From assembly GCA_040756235.1 (NCBI GenBank), contig JBFLZG010000080.1, positions 20,892 through 84,891 of the forward strand: a DNA stretch of 64,000 nt, written 5' to 3'. How positions within the stretch are numbered: the stretch's first letter is position 1; the number at the start of each line of letters is the position of its first letter. This document shows positions 39,780-49,409 of the stretch, in pieces. The notes beneath the pieces were generated by a model. That model was not told the origin of the DNA. It did not search any database and saw only the letters and a list, made by a program, of their open reading frames with translations. Source of the DNA: a bacterium (GTDB taxonomy: Bacteria; Desulfobacterota; DSWW01). The position numbers and the translations under genes were made by a program.

Positions 39780-41798
39780 TTACGAGGCGGAAGCCGGCGG
39801 CCTCGGAGCGGCCTCGGGCTTTTCACCGGGAGCTTGTTGGGACCCCGGAGCGCCGGGCCTGGCTTCGGGGTCCATGGCGGGCAGCGTCACCCGAAGCACC
39901 GTCCTCTCTCCCGGCACGCTCTCCACCTCCATGCTGCCGCCGTGATCTTCGATGATGCCGTAGCAGATCGAGAGGCCGAGCCCCGTCCCCTTGCCCATGT
40001 CCTTGGTGGTGAAGAAAGGTTCGAAGATCTTGTCCCGGATCTCGACCGGGATGCCCTTGCCGTTGTCCCGGACTTCGATGACCACCCTCCTCTTCCCGTC
40101 CTCGGTGTCCAGGCGGGTCGACAGGCGCAGGGCCTTGGCCTTCTCCATCCCTTCCATGGCATCGCGCGCATTGGCCAGCAGCTCCATGATGACTTCTTCG
40201 AGCTGGTTCCCGTCGCCGCGCACCGCGGGCAGGCCCTGGGCCAGCGACTTCTCGATGCGGATGTTGCGGTTGAGCAGCTGCTGGCCGGTGATGATGAGAG
40301 CGTCCTCCACGGTCCGGTTGACGTCCACAGGCGCGAACTGCCCCGGAGACTGGCGCGAGAACTCCTTCAAGTGCTTGACGATGGACTCGATCCTGCGGTT
40401 GCATTCCAGCAGGACCGCCAGGCGTTTCTGCCCGGCAGGCTCCTTGCCCGCTTCATCCATGAGGACTTGGAGGATGGTGTTGGACGCCATGAGGGGGTTG
40501 TTGACGGAGTGCGCCACGCCGGCCACGAGGTCGCCCAGGGCCCGCATCTTCATGTTCTGAACGAGCTGCGCCTGGGCCTTCTTCAGCTTCGACTCGAGCT
40601 TCTTCCGTTCCGTGATGTCCTTGAACGCCCCCAGGGTCCCCACGATCTCGCCGGAGTCGTTGTAGAGCAGAGAGCCGGACGTCAGGATCGGGATCTGCCT
40701 GTCCTTGTCCCCGGTCAGGAGCAGCATCTCACGGTTCCGGAAATGGCCGCGCTCCGCCAGGATGCGCATGATGTCCCGGGCTTCCTCGATGCCGCCGGCG
40801 TAGAACTCCGAAATGTGGCGGCCGATGATCGCCTGCCGGCTCTCGCCGGTCATGATCTCCATGGCGCGGTTGGCAAAGCGGATGTAGCCCTTGGGGTCGG
40901 TGGTCACGAGACCGTCGAGCGTGCTCTCCACGAAGGTGCGGTACTTCCGCTCGGACTCGGCGAGCTCGGCGGACCTCTCTTCCACCGTGCGCTCGAGGTC
41001 CTCCGTGTACCTGCGGAGCTTGTCTGCCATCAGGTTGAAGTTCACCGCCAGCCCGCCGATCTCGTCCGCCCGCCGGATCGGGACCTGCTGGCTCAGATCG
41101 CCCGCAGCCATCTGCTGCGTCACCTTGTTCAGCGCCTCCATGGGCTTGGTCAGGACCTGCTCCAGCAGCAGCGTCTGCACCAGGAGCAGCGTGAGGGTGA
41201 TCCCCAGCATGAGCAGGACGAGCTGCCGGACCTGGTCGACGCCCCGGAAGATTTCGCTTTCGTAGCTCCCCGCCGCGATGATCCAGTTCCAGGGCCGGAA
41301 ATAGACGTATTTTAGCCGCTTGATCCTCGGGTGAGTGTCGCCCAGCTCCGGGTTCATCCAGGGGTAGCGGATCATGCCCACCTGGCCCGGCGCCAGACGC
41401 ACCGCGTTCTGGCAGATCTCCCGGATGAAGGCGAACCCGCTGGTGTCCTTCTCGTCGATGATGTTCACGCCCTCGCGGGCAGGGTGGACGATCAGATTGC
41501 CGGACGGATCCATCACGTAGGCGTATTCGGTCCCCACGCGCGTGGCCCGGACCGTCCGGGCCACGATGTCCCTGAGGGAAGACCGGGTCGCCGGCTCCGC
41601 CGTCCGCTCGGCCTTCTCCATCGACTCACAGAGTTGATAAATCGTGCTCACCGTCTGGATGAGGCGCGTCTGCGCTTCCTCCTTCACTTCTTTGGAAAAG
41701 ATCCCGATGGTGAGCAGGGAAGAGACGACCAGAGGCAGGGAGAGCGCAAGGAAAGCCAGGAACAGCTGGTTACGGATCCTCAGATCTTGAAACCGCAT
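39780..41798 (-). CDS. Membrane sensor histidine kinase, Cache(sCache_2-like)-HAMP-PAS
   Basis: TM; YAYVMD...HP...YPW..K..Y...[44 protein letters not shown]. Confidence 0.92.
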   Translation of the reverse strand: MRFQDLRIRNQLFLAFLALSLPLVVSSLLTIGIFSKEVKEEAQTRLIQTVSTIYQLCESMEKAERTAEPATRSSLRDIVARTVRATRVGTEYAYVMDPSGNLIVHPAREGVNIIDEKDTSGFAFIREICQNAVRLAPGQVGMIRYPWMNPELGDTHPRIKRLKYVYFRPWNWIIAAGSYESEIFRGVDQVRQLVLLMLGITLTLLLVQTLLLEQVLTKPMEALNKVTQQMAAGDLSQQVPIRRADEIGGLAVNFNLMADKLRRYTEDLERTVEERSAELAESERKYRTFVESTLDGLVTTDPKGYIRFANRAMEIMTGESRQAIIGRHISEFYAGGIEEARDIMRILAERGHFRNREMLLLTGDKDRQIPILTSGSLLYNDSGEIVGTLGAFKDITERKKLESKLKKAQAQLVQNMKMRALGDLVAGVAHSVNNPLMASNTILQVLMDEAGKEPAGQKRLAVLLECNRRIESIVKHLKEFSRQSPGQFAPVDVNRTVEDALIITGQQLLNRNIRIEKSLAQGLPAVRGDGNQLEEVIMELLANARDAMEGMEKAKALRLSTRLDTEDGKRRVVIEVRDNGKGIPVEIRDKIFEPFFTTKDMGKGTGLGLSICYGIIEDHGGSMEVESVPGERTVLRVTLPAMDPEARPGAPGSQQAPGEKPEAAPRPPASAS

Positions 41799-41819
41799 GG
41801 TGCCGCCTTTACCGCTCTC

Positions 41820-42947
41820 CTACAGACCCCAGAGAGGGAACAGGTTCTCCTCCAGGTACGCACAGACCCGGTCCGCCTCCCTGCCGGCGCGCTCCCGGAC
41901 CTCGCCCTGGGAACGGAACGGCCGATCGTAGAGGCTGCCCACCTCCATCTCCGGGCCGAACATCATGCCCCCCACCAGCCCTGCGTAGCTGTCTTCCGGC
42001 TTGAGCCCGCTCAGCTCGCTCCAGGCCAGGGTCCAGCAGCGCGCCGTCCGAAAGACGTCGTACCCGCCTCCGCCCATGGCCAGCACGGCAGGGGCGGCCT
42101 CGACCAGCCTGTGAACCACGGAGCAATAGGCGTTGTTGGTCAGCTTGAGATGGGTCAGGGGATCCGAGATCAGGGCATCCGCGCCGATCTGCGCCACGAG
42201 CAGCTCGGGCCGGAACTTCCCCAACACCGGCACCACGATCCGCTCAAAGGCTCCTTCGTAGACCTCGTCATCGGTGCCCGGCTCGAGAGGTATGTTCACG
42301 TTGAACCCGAGTCCCCGGCCCTGGCCGATTTCGTTCTCGAACCCGCTCCAAGGGTAGAGGCACCTGCCGGTCTCGTGCAGGCTCACCACCAGCACCCGGT
42401 CCTCTCCGTAAAAGGCGTCCTGTACGCCGTTGCCGTGATGGGCATCGATGTCCACGTAAGCGATGCGCCGGTAGCCGGCGTCCAGGGCCTTGAGGATGGC
42501 CAGGCAGATGTCATTGACGTAGCAGAACCCTTCGGCCCGCTCAGGCCCGGCGTGATGGCAGCCGCCCAGGATGTGGAACACCCTGCGGATGCCCTGCCGG
42601 ATCAGATCGAGTCCGGTCAGGGCTCCTCCGGCCATTCCGCAGCACCAGCGGAAGAGGTCGGGAAGCAGCGGGTTGTCTTCGGTACCGAGCCCGTAGCCGA
42701 GCATCTCGGGCACGAACCGCCCCTGCTCGATCTCCTCCAGGGCGCGGACGTAGTCGGGCTTGTGGAAGCGGCAAAGGTCCTCCCGGGAAGCCTCTCCCGG
42801 AGCCCGGAGCGAGGCGCCCGGCCGGTCGAGGAGATTGTACCGGTCGCAGAGCTCGAGCGTCTTGCGGGCTCTCACCGGCTTGAACGGGTGATCCTTGCCG
42901 TAATCGAAGCGGGCCAGCTCGTCGGAGAACAAGAGGACCGATTCCAT
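41820..42947 (-). CDS. acuC: Zn-dependent deacetylase, histone deacetylase/AcuC family
   Basis: HPFKP.R, GGCHHA, GFCYVND, DIDAHHGNG, SLHE, GADA...DPL, GGGGY. Confidence 0.88.
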   Translation of the reverse strand: MESVLLFSDELARFDYGKDHPFKPVRARKTLELCDRYNLLDRPGASLRAPGEASREDLCRFHKPDYVRALEEIEQGRFVPEMLGYGLGTEDNPLLPDLFRWCCGMAGGALTGLDLIRQGIRRVFHILGGCHHAGPERAEGFCYVNDICLAILKALDAGYRRIAYVDIDAHHGNGVQDAFYGEDRVLVVSLHETGRCLYPWSGFENEIGQGRGLGFNVNIPLEPGTDDEVYEGAFERIVVPVLGKFRPELLVAQIGADALISDPLTHLKLTNNAYCSVVHRLVEAAPAVLAMGGGGYDVFRTARCWTLAWSELSGLKPEDSYAGLVGGMMFGPEMEVGSLYDRPFRSQGEVRERAGREADRVCAYLEENLFPLWGL

Positions 42948-42988
42948 GGAGGTGCCTCCCCGCCGCTGCTCCCCTCATCAGCCTATCT

Positions 42989-43372
42989 TCAGAAGACCGT
43001 CCTCTCCTCGTAGGAGGCGGCCGTATGCTCGGACTCCCAGACCCGCACGCGGCGCAGCCGCGCTCCCCGGTCCGCAGGCATCGATCCGGCCAGACGCTGG
43101 TAGATGAATCTGGCCAGATGCTCGGCCGTGGGCAGGCGGTCTCGAAAGAACGGGTGGTCGTTGAGGAACGAGTGGTCCAGCTCCGCCAGGACCTGCCGCG
43201 TAAGGGACCTGAGCTCGTTGAAGTCGATGACCATGCCGACTTCGTTCAGGCGCTCCGCCGCTACCCGCACTTCCACCTTCCAGTTGTGCCCGTGAAGGGC
43301 TTCGCACCGGCCGCCGGTGCCGGGAAGGCGGTGGGCCGCGGAAAAATCCTCGAGCAGGGTCAGTTCGTACAT
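42989..43372 (-). CDS. queD: 6-carboxytetrahydropterin synthase
   Basis: FSAAH, C..LHGHNW, IDF, LDH..LN, PTAE, VWES. Confidence 0.92.
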   Translation of the reverse strand: MYELTLLEDFSAAHRLPGTGGRCEALHGHNWKVEVRVAAERLNEVGMVIDFNELRSLTRQVLAELDHSFLNDHPFFRDRLPTAEHLARFIYQRLAGSMPADRGARLRRVRVWESEHTAASYEERTVF

Positions 43373-43391
43373 GCCTGCGCGCCGCCGCCTC

Positions 43392-44696
43392 TCACGCGCC
43401 CCTTTCCAGGGCCCTCTCGTGGATGCCTTTGTCGGCGTGAACGGATTCCGCACCCTGGTCGAACGAGAAGTGGACCGTCTGGTAAGCGTTGCGGAACTCG
43501 TTCACCTCGTCCCCGACGTAATGGCCTTCCTTGAGGCACTGCTTGAAGAACATGGCGATCTGCCCCATCTCGGCCTCTTTCATCCCCAGACGCGTCATCT
43601 CCTGGACGCCGACTCGGATGCCCGCCGGGTTGGTCACTTTGTCCAGGGGCTCGAAAGGCAGGAGGTTCATGTTGATGATGATGTTGTTGTCCTTGAGCAT
43701 TCTGGCCACTTCGTCGCCGCGGCCGAAGGTCGTCACGTCCACCGCCACCTGATGGCTTTCGGTGAAGTCGAACTCCTTGGCCTGCACGTCGAAGCCGAAC
43801 TCGCACAGGGCGTGGGCCAGGGTCTTGGCGTTGCGGATCGTCTGGTCCGCGTAGCTCTCGCCGAACTCCAACATCTCGTAGGCGGTGATCGCCAGAGGGA
43901 CGAGCGTATCGAGGTGATGGTTCGAGGAGGAGCCCGGAAAGGCGCCGCGGTCGATCTTCTTCCAGTCGAACTCCTTCATGTTGCTGATGGCGATGCCGCG
44001 CTGCGGGCCGGGGAACGTCTTGTGGGTGCTCGCGGTGACCACGTCCGCGCCCTCTTCCAGAGGGTTCTGAAACCGCTTGCCGGCGATGAGGCCCAGGACG
44101 TGCGCCGCGTCGTAGATGACCACGCCCCCGTTCTTCCTGACCGCGTCCGAGAGCTGGGAGACCGGCTCCGGAAACAAAAACAGGCTTTTCCCGAGGACGA
44201 GCACCTTGGGGTGAAGGGTCTGCACGAGGTCGAGCGTCTTGTCGACGTCGATGTGGTAGCCGTCCGGGGTCAGGGGAAAGTCGATGATGTTTCGTGTGTA
44301 CTTGCCGACCGAGCCCACTCTGTGATGGCTGATGTGGCCGCCGGCGGCAGTCGAGTTCACCATGACGATATCGCCGGGCTGGATGAACTGGCTGAAGACC
44401 GCGTCGTTGGCCACGGTGCCGCTGATGGGCCGGACGTCGATCTGGCGGCAGTTGAACAGGGTCTTCAGGTGCTTCTTCACCCGGATCTCGATCTCGTCGA
44501 TCTTGTCCGTGCCCTGGTAGTAGCGCTCGCCGGGGTGGCCTTCGGCGTAGCGGTGGGCGAAGTCCGAACCCATGACACGACGGGATCGCCTGCTCAGCAC
44601 GTTCTCGCTGGCGATCAGGTTGATCGTCTGGGATCGCCACTCGTTCTGCTGGGCCACGATGTCTTCGATCCAGGAAACGTTCTTCTCGTAGTACAT
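43392..44696 (-). CDS. glyA: Serine hydroxymethyltransferase, archaeal-like sequence type
   Basis: LIASEN, RYAEG, GGHISH, YDAAHVLGLIAG, STHKTFPGPQRG, SNHH. Confidence 0.9.
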   Translation of the reverse strand: MYYEKNVSWIEDIVAQQNEWRSQTINLIASENVLSRRSRRVMGSDFAHRYAEGHPGERYYQGTDKIDEIEIRVKKHLKTLFNCRQIDVRPISGTVANDAVFSQFIQPGDIVMVNSTAAGGHISHHRVGSVGKYTRNIIDFPLTPDGYHIDVDKTLDLVQTLHPKVLVLGKSLFLFPEPVSQLSDAVRKNGGVVIYDAAHVLGLIAGKRFQNPLEEGADVVTASTHKTFPGPQRGIAISNMKEFDWKKIDRGAFPGSSSNHHLDTLVPLAITAYEMLEFGESYADQTIRNAKTLAHALCEFGFDVQAKEFDFTESHQVAVDVTTFGRGDEVARMLKDNNIIINMNLLPFEPLDKVTNPAGIRVGVQEMTRLGMKEAEMGQIAMFFKQCLKEGHYVGDEVNEFRNAYQTVHFSFDQGAESVHADKGIHERALERGA

Positions 44697-44805
44697 GTTC
44701 TGTCACCTCGGCCTTCAGAATTCAAAAAACAGAGACGCGTAGCGCGAATGACGGAGCGAAGCCGACTCGGGGCGCTTCCGAGAGCCCGGCAGGCGCCTGA
44801 GATTC

Positions 44806-44834
44806 ACGTTACCTTCGGGCTTCTGATATGTCAA
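44806..44834 (-). promoter_or_regulatory. Putative sigma-70 promoter for glyA-queD-acuC-kinase genes
   Basis: Minus strand TTGACA-N17-TAACGT. Confidence 0.55.
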
Positions 44835-45173
44835 GAAAACCAAAGGCTTTCAACGGGCAGAGGAGGCCTGCCGTGGCTCGGGGCGCGCGCGGCCGCCGGC
44901 CCGCGGGCAGGAGCATTTCGGCTGCGGAAACTTGACACGGTGCCGCCGGAGTCGAAAACTGATGCGTGGCTCGCGTGATCGTCACGTTCGAAGCGATGCG
45001 CACGTCATGCCCGTCCGCTCACGAGGGTATCGATTTTCTCACCTTCTCCCCTCGCTGAGGGGAGAAGGTCGGGATGCGGGGTGAATTTGCGCCATTTCCC
45101 CCTCACCCTGACCCTCTCCCCCGTGCACGGGGGAGAGGGTATTCATTTTCGACGCCCGCTCACGGAGGCGCTC

Positions 45174-46493
45174 GTGACCGCAGAGAAGAAATTCCGTTCC
45201 GGCCGCACCTCGCGCCTCCTGAGTCTCGGAAGCCTGACGGCAAAGGTTTCGTCCAGCTACACCTTCCAGTTCGTCAAGGAAGCCTTCCAGAACGTGGAGC
45301 GGGCCTCCCGGTCCCGGTCGAGCGCCCACGTCCGCAACGCCCAGAGGGTCGTCGAGACCCTCGGACAGCTCAAGGGCGCGGTCATGAAAGTCGGCCAGTA
45401 CGTCTCCATCCAGAACGACCTCCTGCCTCCCGAGTTCTCCGAGATTCTGGCTTCCCTGCAGAAGGCCGCCCCTCCGGTGGATTTCGAGCTCGTTGCCGAG
45501 CAGATCCGTTCGGAGTTCGGCAAGTTGCCGGACGCGCTCTTCTCCAGGTTCGAGCGCGAGCCGTACGCCTCCGCATCCATCGGACAGGTGCACCGCGCGC
45601 GGCTCTCCAAGGGAACCGAAGTGGTGGTCAAGGTGCAATACCCGGGGGTCGAGGAGAACATCGAAGGGGACCTCAAGAACCTGAAGACGATCCTGTCCAC
45701 GGGCGGCGTCCTGGGTTATCGCAAGGACGACCTCAACGAGACCTTCGAGGAGATCCGGGACCGTCTGTACGAGGAGCTGGATTACGAGCAGGAGGTCGAA
45801 AGCGTCCAGCTCTTCCGCAAGGCCTTTCAGAAAGACGACCGGGTGCTCATCCCGCGGGTCTTCCCCGCTTACTGCTCCCGCAGGGTCCTCACCCTCGAGC
45901 ACCTTCCCGGGGACGACCTGGACGCGCTGCTCGCCCCTCCTTACAGCCAGGAGGATCGGAACCGCTTCGGCAGCCTGATCTTCGACCTCTGCTGCCACCA
46001 GATGTTCCGTCTGGGCATCCTGCATGCCGACCCGCACCCCGGCAACTTCGCCTTCCGCAAGGACGGCCGGCTGATCATCTATGACTTCGGGTGCCTCAAG
46101 CAGATCCCGCCTTTCATTCAGCGGGCCTATCGGGACATCTTCCGGTACGGGATCCGGAGGGAGTACGAACGGGTGGACGAGGCGCTGCTGCGGCTGGGAT
46201 CGCGGGACCCCAGAAAGCAGGGTCCCGGCACGGAGTTCTACCGGAAGTACGGCGAGATCCTGCGAGAGCCCTTCTGCTCCGATGAGGAGCCGTACGACTT
46301 CGGGGAGTCCAAGATCCACGAGCGGCTCCTGGAGCTGGCGCCGCTCGGCCTTTCCAAGATGCTCCAGTTCAAGCCCGCGCCGGAGACGGTCTTCATCAGC
46401 AGGACCATGACCGGCCACTACGGGAACCTGAAGCGGGTCCGGGCGCAGGCCTACTGGGGCCGCATCCTCGAGCCCTACCTGGGCGACCATTGA
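45174..46493 (+). CDS. ABC1/AarF/UbiB-family atypical protein kinase
   Basis: KGAVMKVGQ, ASASIGQVHRA, VKVQYPG, ELDY..E, HADPHPGN, YDFG; the upstream in-frame extension is family C repeat DNA. Confidence 0.9.
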   Translation: MTAEKKFRSGRTSRLLSLGSLTAKVSSSYTFQFVKEAFQNVERASRSRSSAHVRNAQRVVETLGQLKGAVMKVGQYVSIQNDLLPPEFSEILASLQKAAPPVDFELVAEQIRSEFGKLPDALFSRFEREPYASASIGQVHRARLSKGTEVVVKVQYPGVEENIEGDLKNLKTILSTGGVLGYRKDDLNETFEEIRDRLYEELDYEQEVESVQLFRKAFQKDDRVLIPRVFPAYCSRRVLTLEHLPGDDLDALLAPPYSQEDRNRFGSLIFDLCCHQMFRLGILHADPHPGNFAFRKDGRLIIYDFGCLKQIPPFIQRAYRDIFRYGIRREYERVDEALLRLGSRDPRKQGPGTEFYRKYGEILREPFCSDEEPYDFGESKIHERLLELAPLGLSKMLQFKPAPETVFISRTMTGHYGNLKRVRAQAYWGRILEPYLGDH

Positions 46494-46508
46494 GCGCGCC
46501 CCGTCCTT

Positions 46509-47738
46509 TCACCGCCTCTGCCGCAGCTCGCGCAGCGCCGTGCGCACGAGCTTTCTTCGGATGAGGCCCGGGTTCCGGGCCAGGATCGAGGCGAACAGAC
46601 CGAGGGTGAAATCGGTCTTGAGGAACTTGAGGAACTGCCGGTCCGTGAGCCGACGCATGTACCGGACGGCTGTGTCCCACTGCTCGTCACTGAGCCCGCT
46701 CATCCTCCGGTTGATCTCCAGGGCCATGCGCAGCGATCTGCCGTGGCGCCGGTTCCACTTCTCATGCGCGCGGCAGAGCAGCTCCTTGCGGCTGCTCTGC
46801 TCCCGGACCGCCGCTGCCGCTGCCTCGGCGGCCAGGCATCCCATCTCCATGGCGAAGCGGATCCCTTCGCCGGCAAGCGCCGATGCCTGGCCCGCGGCAT
46901 CGCCGATGATGAGCAGGCCGTCTGCCGCCGGATCCTCGGGGAAAACCTCGTCGGGAATCAGCCCCTTGTGCACTTCGAGGCAGCCGGATCCTTTGAAGCG
47001 CCCGGAGAACCTCGCGTCCTCTTCGAGGAGGCGGCGGAGACAGGCGAAAAGATCCGCGCCCGCCGCCTCCGGAACGGTGACCCCCACGCCGGCGCGCACG
47101 CGTCCGGAACCCCAGGGAAAGATCCAGCCGTACCCCGCCGGCGCCTCCTTCGTACCCGCCACGAGCACGAGCTCCTGCTGAGGCCACCGAGGCGCGTACA
47201 GATCGTACTCGACCCCCATGCCGTAGCGCCGGTAGCCGCGGAACCCGAAGAGGTGGCGGGCGGTCACGCTTGCAAAACCGGTCGCATCGATGGTCACGAG
47301 GGCCGTGATCTCCCGGAGCGCGCCGGAGGGCGTCTGCACCACGGCGCCCCGGACGCCCTGCTCCGAGACGATGGGCCGCACCACTTTGGTGCCGGCACAG
47401 AGGCGGGCGCCCCTGCGGATGGCCTGTGCGGCCAGGAACTGGAGCATGCCCTTGACGTCGAGAACGCCGATCCCCGCCCGGGAGTTCCGGAACCGGGCTT
47501 CCTCATTCGGGGAGAAGAACCGCACCACGTCGACGCGATGGCAGAAGGCTGGAGGAATTCCGAGCTTCTGTATTTCCCCGATCCAGGTCGCGCCGCTCGT
47601 CTGCAGCGGCGAGCCGATCTCCCGCTTCCTCTCCACGACCAGGGTCCGCAGCCCCCACCCCGCGCAGTCGAGCGCAGCCCGCAGCCCGGCCGGGCCTGCT
47701 CCCAGGATCAGGACGTCCGCATTCCGTGTTTCTTCCAT
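46509..47738 (-). CDS. FAD-dependent geranylgeranyl reductase-family oxidoreductase
   Basis: GAGPAG, IDATG, GYGWIFP, IGDAAG...GEGIRFA. Confidence 0.85.
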   Translation of the reverse strand: MEETRNADVLILGAGPAGLRAALDCAGWGLRTLVVERKREIGSPLQTSGATWIGEIQKLGIPPAFCHRVDVVRFFSPNEEARFRNSRAGIGVLDVKGMLQFLAAQAIRRGARLCAGTKVVRPIVSEQGVRGAVVQTPSGALREITALVTIDATGFASVTARHLFGFRGYRRYGMGVEYDLYAPRWPQQELVLVAGTKEAPAGYGWIFPWGSGRVRAGVGVTVPEAAGADLFACLRRLLEEDARFSGRFKGSGCLEVHKGLIPDEVFPEDPAADGLLIIGDAAGQASALAGEGIRFAMEMGCLAAEAAAAAVREQSSRKELLCRAHEKWNRRHGRSLRMALEINRRMSGLSDEQWDTAVRYMRRLTDRQFLKFLKTDFTLGLFASILARNPGLIRRKLVRTALRELRQRR

Positions 47739-47779
47739 GGCGGACCGCTCCGCTGGCGCACGATCACGCTTCTCCGAGA

Positions 47780-47920
47780 CAGGCCGCTCCGAAAGATCCG
47801 GATCCAGGCGCCCGAAGTCCGGGGAACGAGGCGTCCTTACCGTACGCCGCAGAGAGTGAGCCGGGGGATGGCTTCGCCGCGTCTCAACAGGTCCCGCAGA
47901 TGGGCTGTTTCAACCGTCTG
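47780..47920. mobile_element. Degenerate family B MITE-like copy
   Basis: caggccgctccgaaag...gaggcgtcc..gtacgccgcag...gcagatgggctgtttcaaccgtctg, colinear with 13281-13405. Confidence 0.6.
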
Positions 47921-48502
47921 TTATCGAACCCGCTCGAGAACGGCCGCGCGGCTGCGCGCGATCTGCGCTGAAGCGGCCTCTTCCAGTCCGTTCTCCTTCG
48001 CAAGACGCAGCGACTCTTCGAACGCGGCTTTCGAAACGTGTCCCCTCGGCTCCGCGAAGAGGAGCCGGCAACCCGACTTCAATACGCCTGCGACCTCCTT
48101 GAAGAACCGGGCTTTGTCGCCGATCTCATGGACGACCGCAAAAGCCAGCACGAAGTCGATCTTCGAAGCGAGGTCGGCCACACGCAGGCTGTCCGGGTCG
48201 CACACCCGCGTCTCGATGCGCTCGGCCAGGTTGGCACGGCGCGCGCGGCGCTTGAGCCCACGAAGCATCTTCTCCTGGACGTCCACACAGATCACGCGCC
48301 CGCCGGGGCCGACCAGCCGCGCCAGGGGCAATGAAAAGAAGCCCATGGCCGAGCCCACATCCAGGACGTGCATGCCGGAGCTTACATGTGGGGCCAGGAT
48401 CCCGTCGGGGTCATGAAACAGCGCCCGAATCGGGCTGGCCAGGAAGTAGCCCACCCAGAAAGGACAAACCCGCTGATGCTTTGCCTTTCCCACCCGCCTC
48501 AT
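47921..48502 (-). CDS. Class I SAM-dependent methyltransferase
   Basis: VCPFW, VLDVGSAMG, VDVQ, AVVHE, LKSG. Confidence 0.85.
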   Translation of the reverse strand: MRRVGKAKHQRVCPFWVGYFLASPIRALFHDPDGILAPHVSSGMHVLDVGSAMGFFSLPLARLVGPGGRVICVDVQEKMLRGLKRRARRANLAERIETRVCDPDSLRVADLASKIDFVLAFAVVHEIGDKARFFKEVAGVLKSGCRLLFAEPRGHVSKAAFEESLRLAKENGLEEAASAQIARSRAAVLERVR

Positions 48503-48742
48503 GCGGCAGCACCCTGAGAAAAGGTAGTGCGTAGAGAGCGCCCGTTGCATTGCCGAAACAGCGTCGCGCGACGACCGTTCTTGCCAGAAGACTTCGGGCA
48601 GCCCTGAGGACTGCGAGATTGATCCGGCACCCCCAGAGGGTACGCTGCCGGGGACGCAAGAGGCGGCGGAGCCCCGGGGAAGGTGAACCTGCGGTGCGTC
48701 CGCTGGAACGCGTCGTGATCCCACGCTCGGCATCTGCTGCTG

Positions 48743-48961
48743 CTACGGGCGCTTTCTGCGTGTATCTACCACAACCAGAACAATTCCCGCAATCACGGCC
48801 GCCCCTGACGCAAGCGGTGTGATGGGGATCGTGCGGGTCTCTTCCTTCTCGACCTCCAGAGGACCCAGGTCTGCAACCTCCTCCTCCTGCTGAAAGGAGA
48901 TGCCGCCGAAGATGAAGCCGAGCAAACCGAGGACGATCAGTACGATGCCGAGGATCTTCAT
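48743..48961 (-). CDS. Small two-TM membrane protein (DUF3185-like)
   Basis: MKILGIVLIVLG...DLGPLEV...TIP...; GGAGG RBS; TTGACA-N16-GATAAT upstream (48994-49021). Confidence 0.75.
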   Translation of the reverse strand: MKILGIVLIVLGLLGFIFGGISFQQEEEVADLGPLEVEKEETRTIPITPLASGAAVIAGIVLVVVDTRRKRP

Positions 48962-49409
48962 GGCAAGGCCTCCGCGTTGAATTCGTATTTCCTATTATCT
49001 ATGGGAAAACCCTGTTGTCAAAGAAAATTTGTTATCTGCAAACAGAGATTCAGGGAGGAGAAATGAGGCTGACTCGTGAGCAGTCCGGCGGGGTCGGCAG
49101 CTGTGCAAGGATCCGCAGAAGTTCGGTTTGGGGGGTTTATTCGATCCGCTCGGCAGGCCTGCTGACGCCGTGCCTCACCTTTCAGGTCCTCGGTGGCGAG
49201 CTCGGGGAGAGGCATCCGGGGCCGGGATCAGGAGCTCGCTCCGGCTTTCGTGGGCCTGGATGCAAATCATGCTGTCGATCCAGGGAGCTACTGCAGATCC
49301 AGAGCAGCCCTCCCCCAGGAGGTGCGGCTCGATTCCGAGAACCTGAGCTTCCCCTCTACTCCAGTTCGATGGTATGAAGGAGGCGCACGGAGATCAGAGG
49401 AGACGACCC

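Noticed and set aside
44700..44830. Possible glycine or ZTP riboswitch upstream of glyA (CCGAAGG...AATCTCAGG on the minus strand)
   Set aside because: The GGAGA 5' element and paired stems are missing, and the segment overlaps the predicted promoter. An Rfam scan would settle it.
44932..44960. TTGACA-N17-AAAACT as promoter for the ABC1 kinase
   Set aside because: The -10 box lacks the first conserved T; too weak to call.
49062..49377. ORF with a strong GGAGGAG RBS upstream of the GH3 gene
   Set aside because: No recognisable protein features; possibly a decayed gene, but unsupported.
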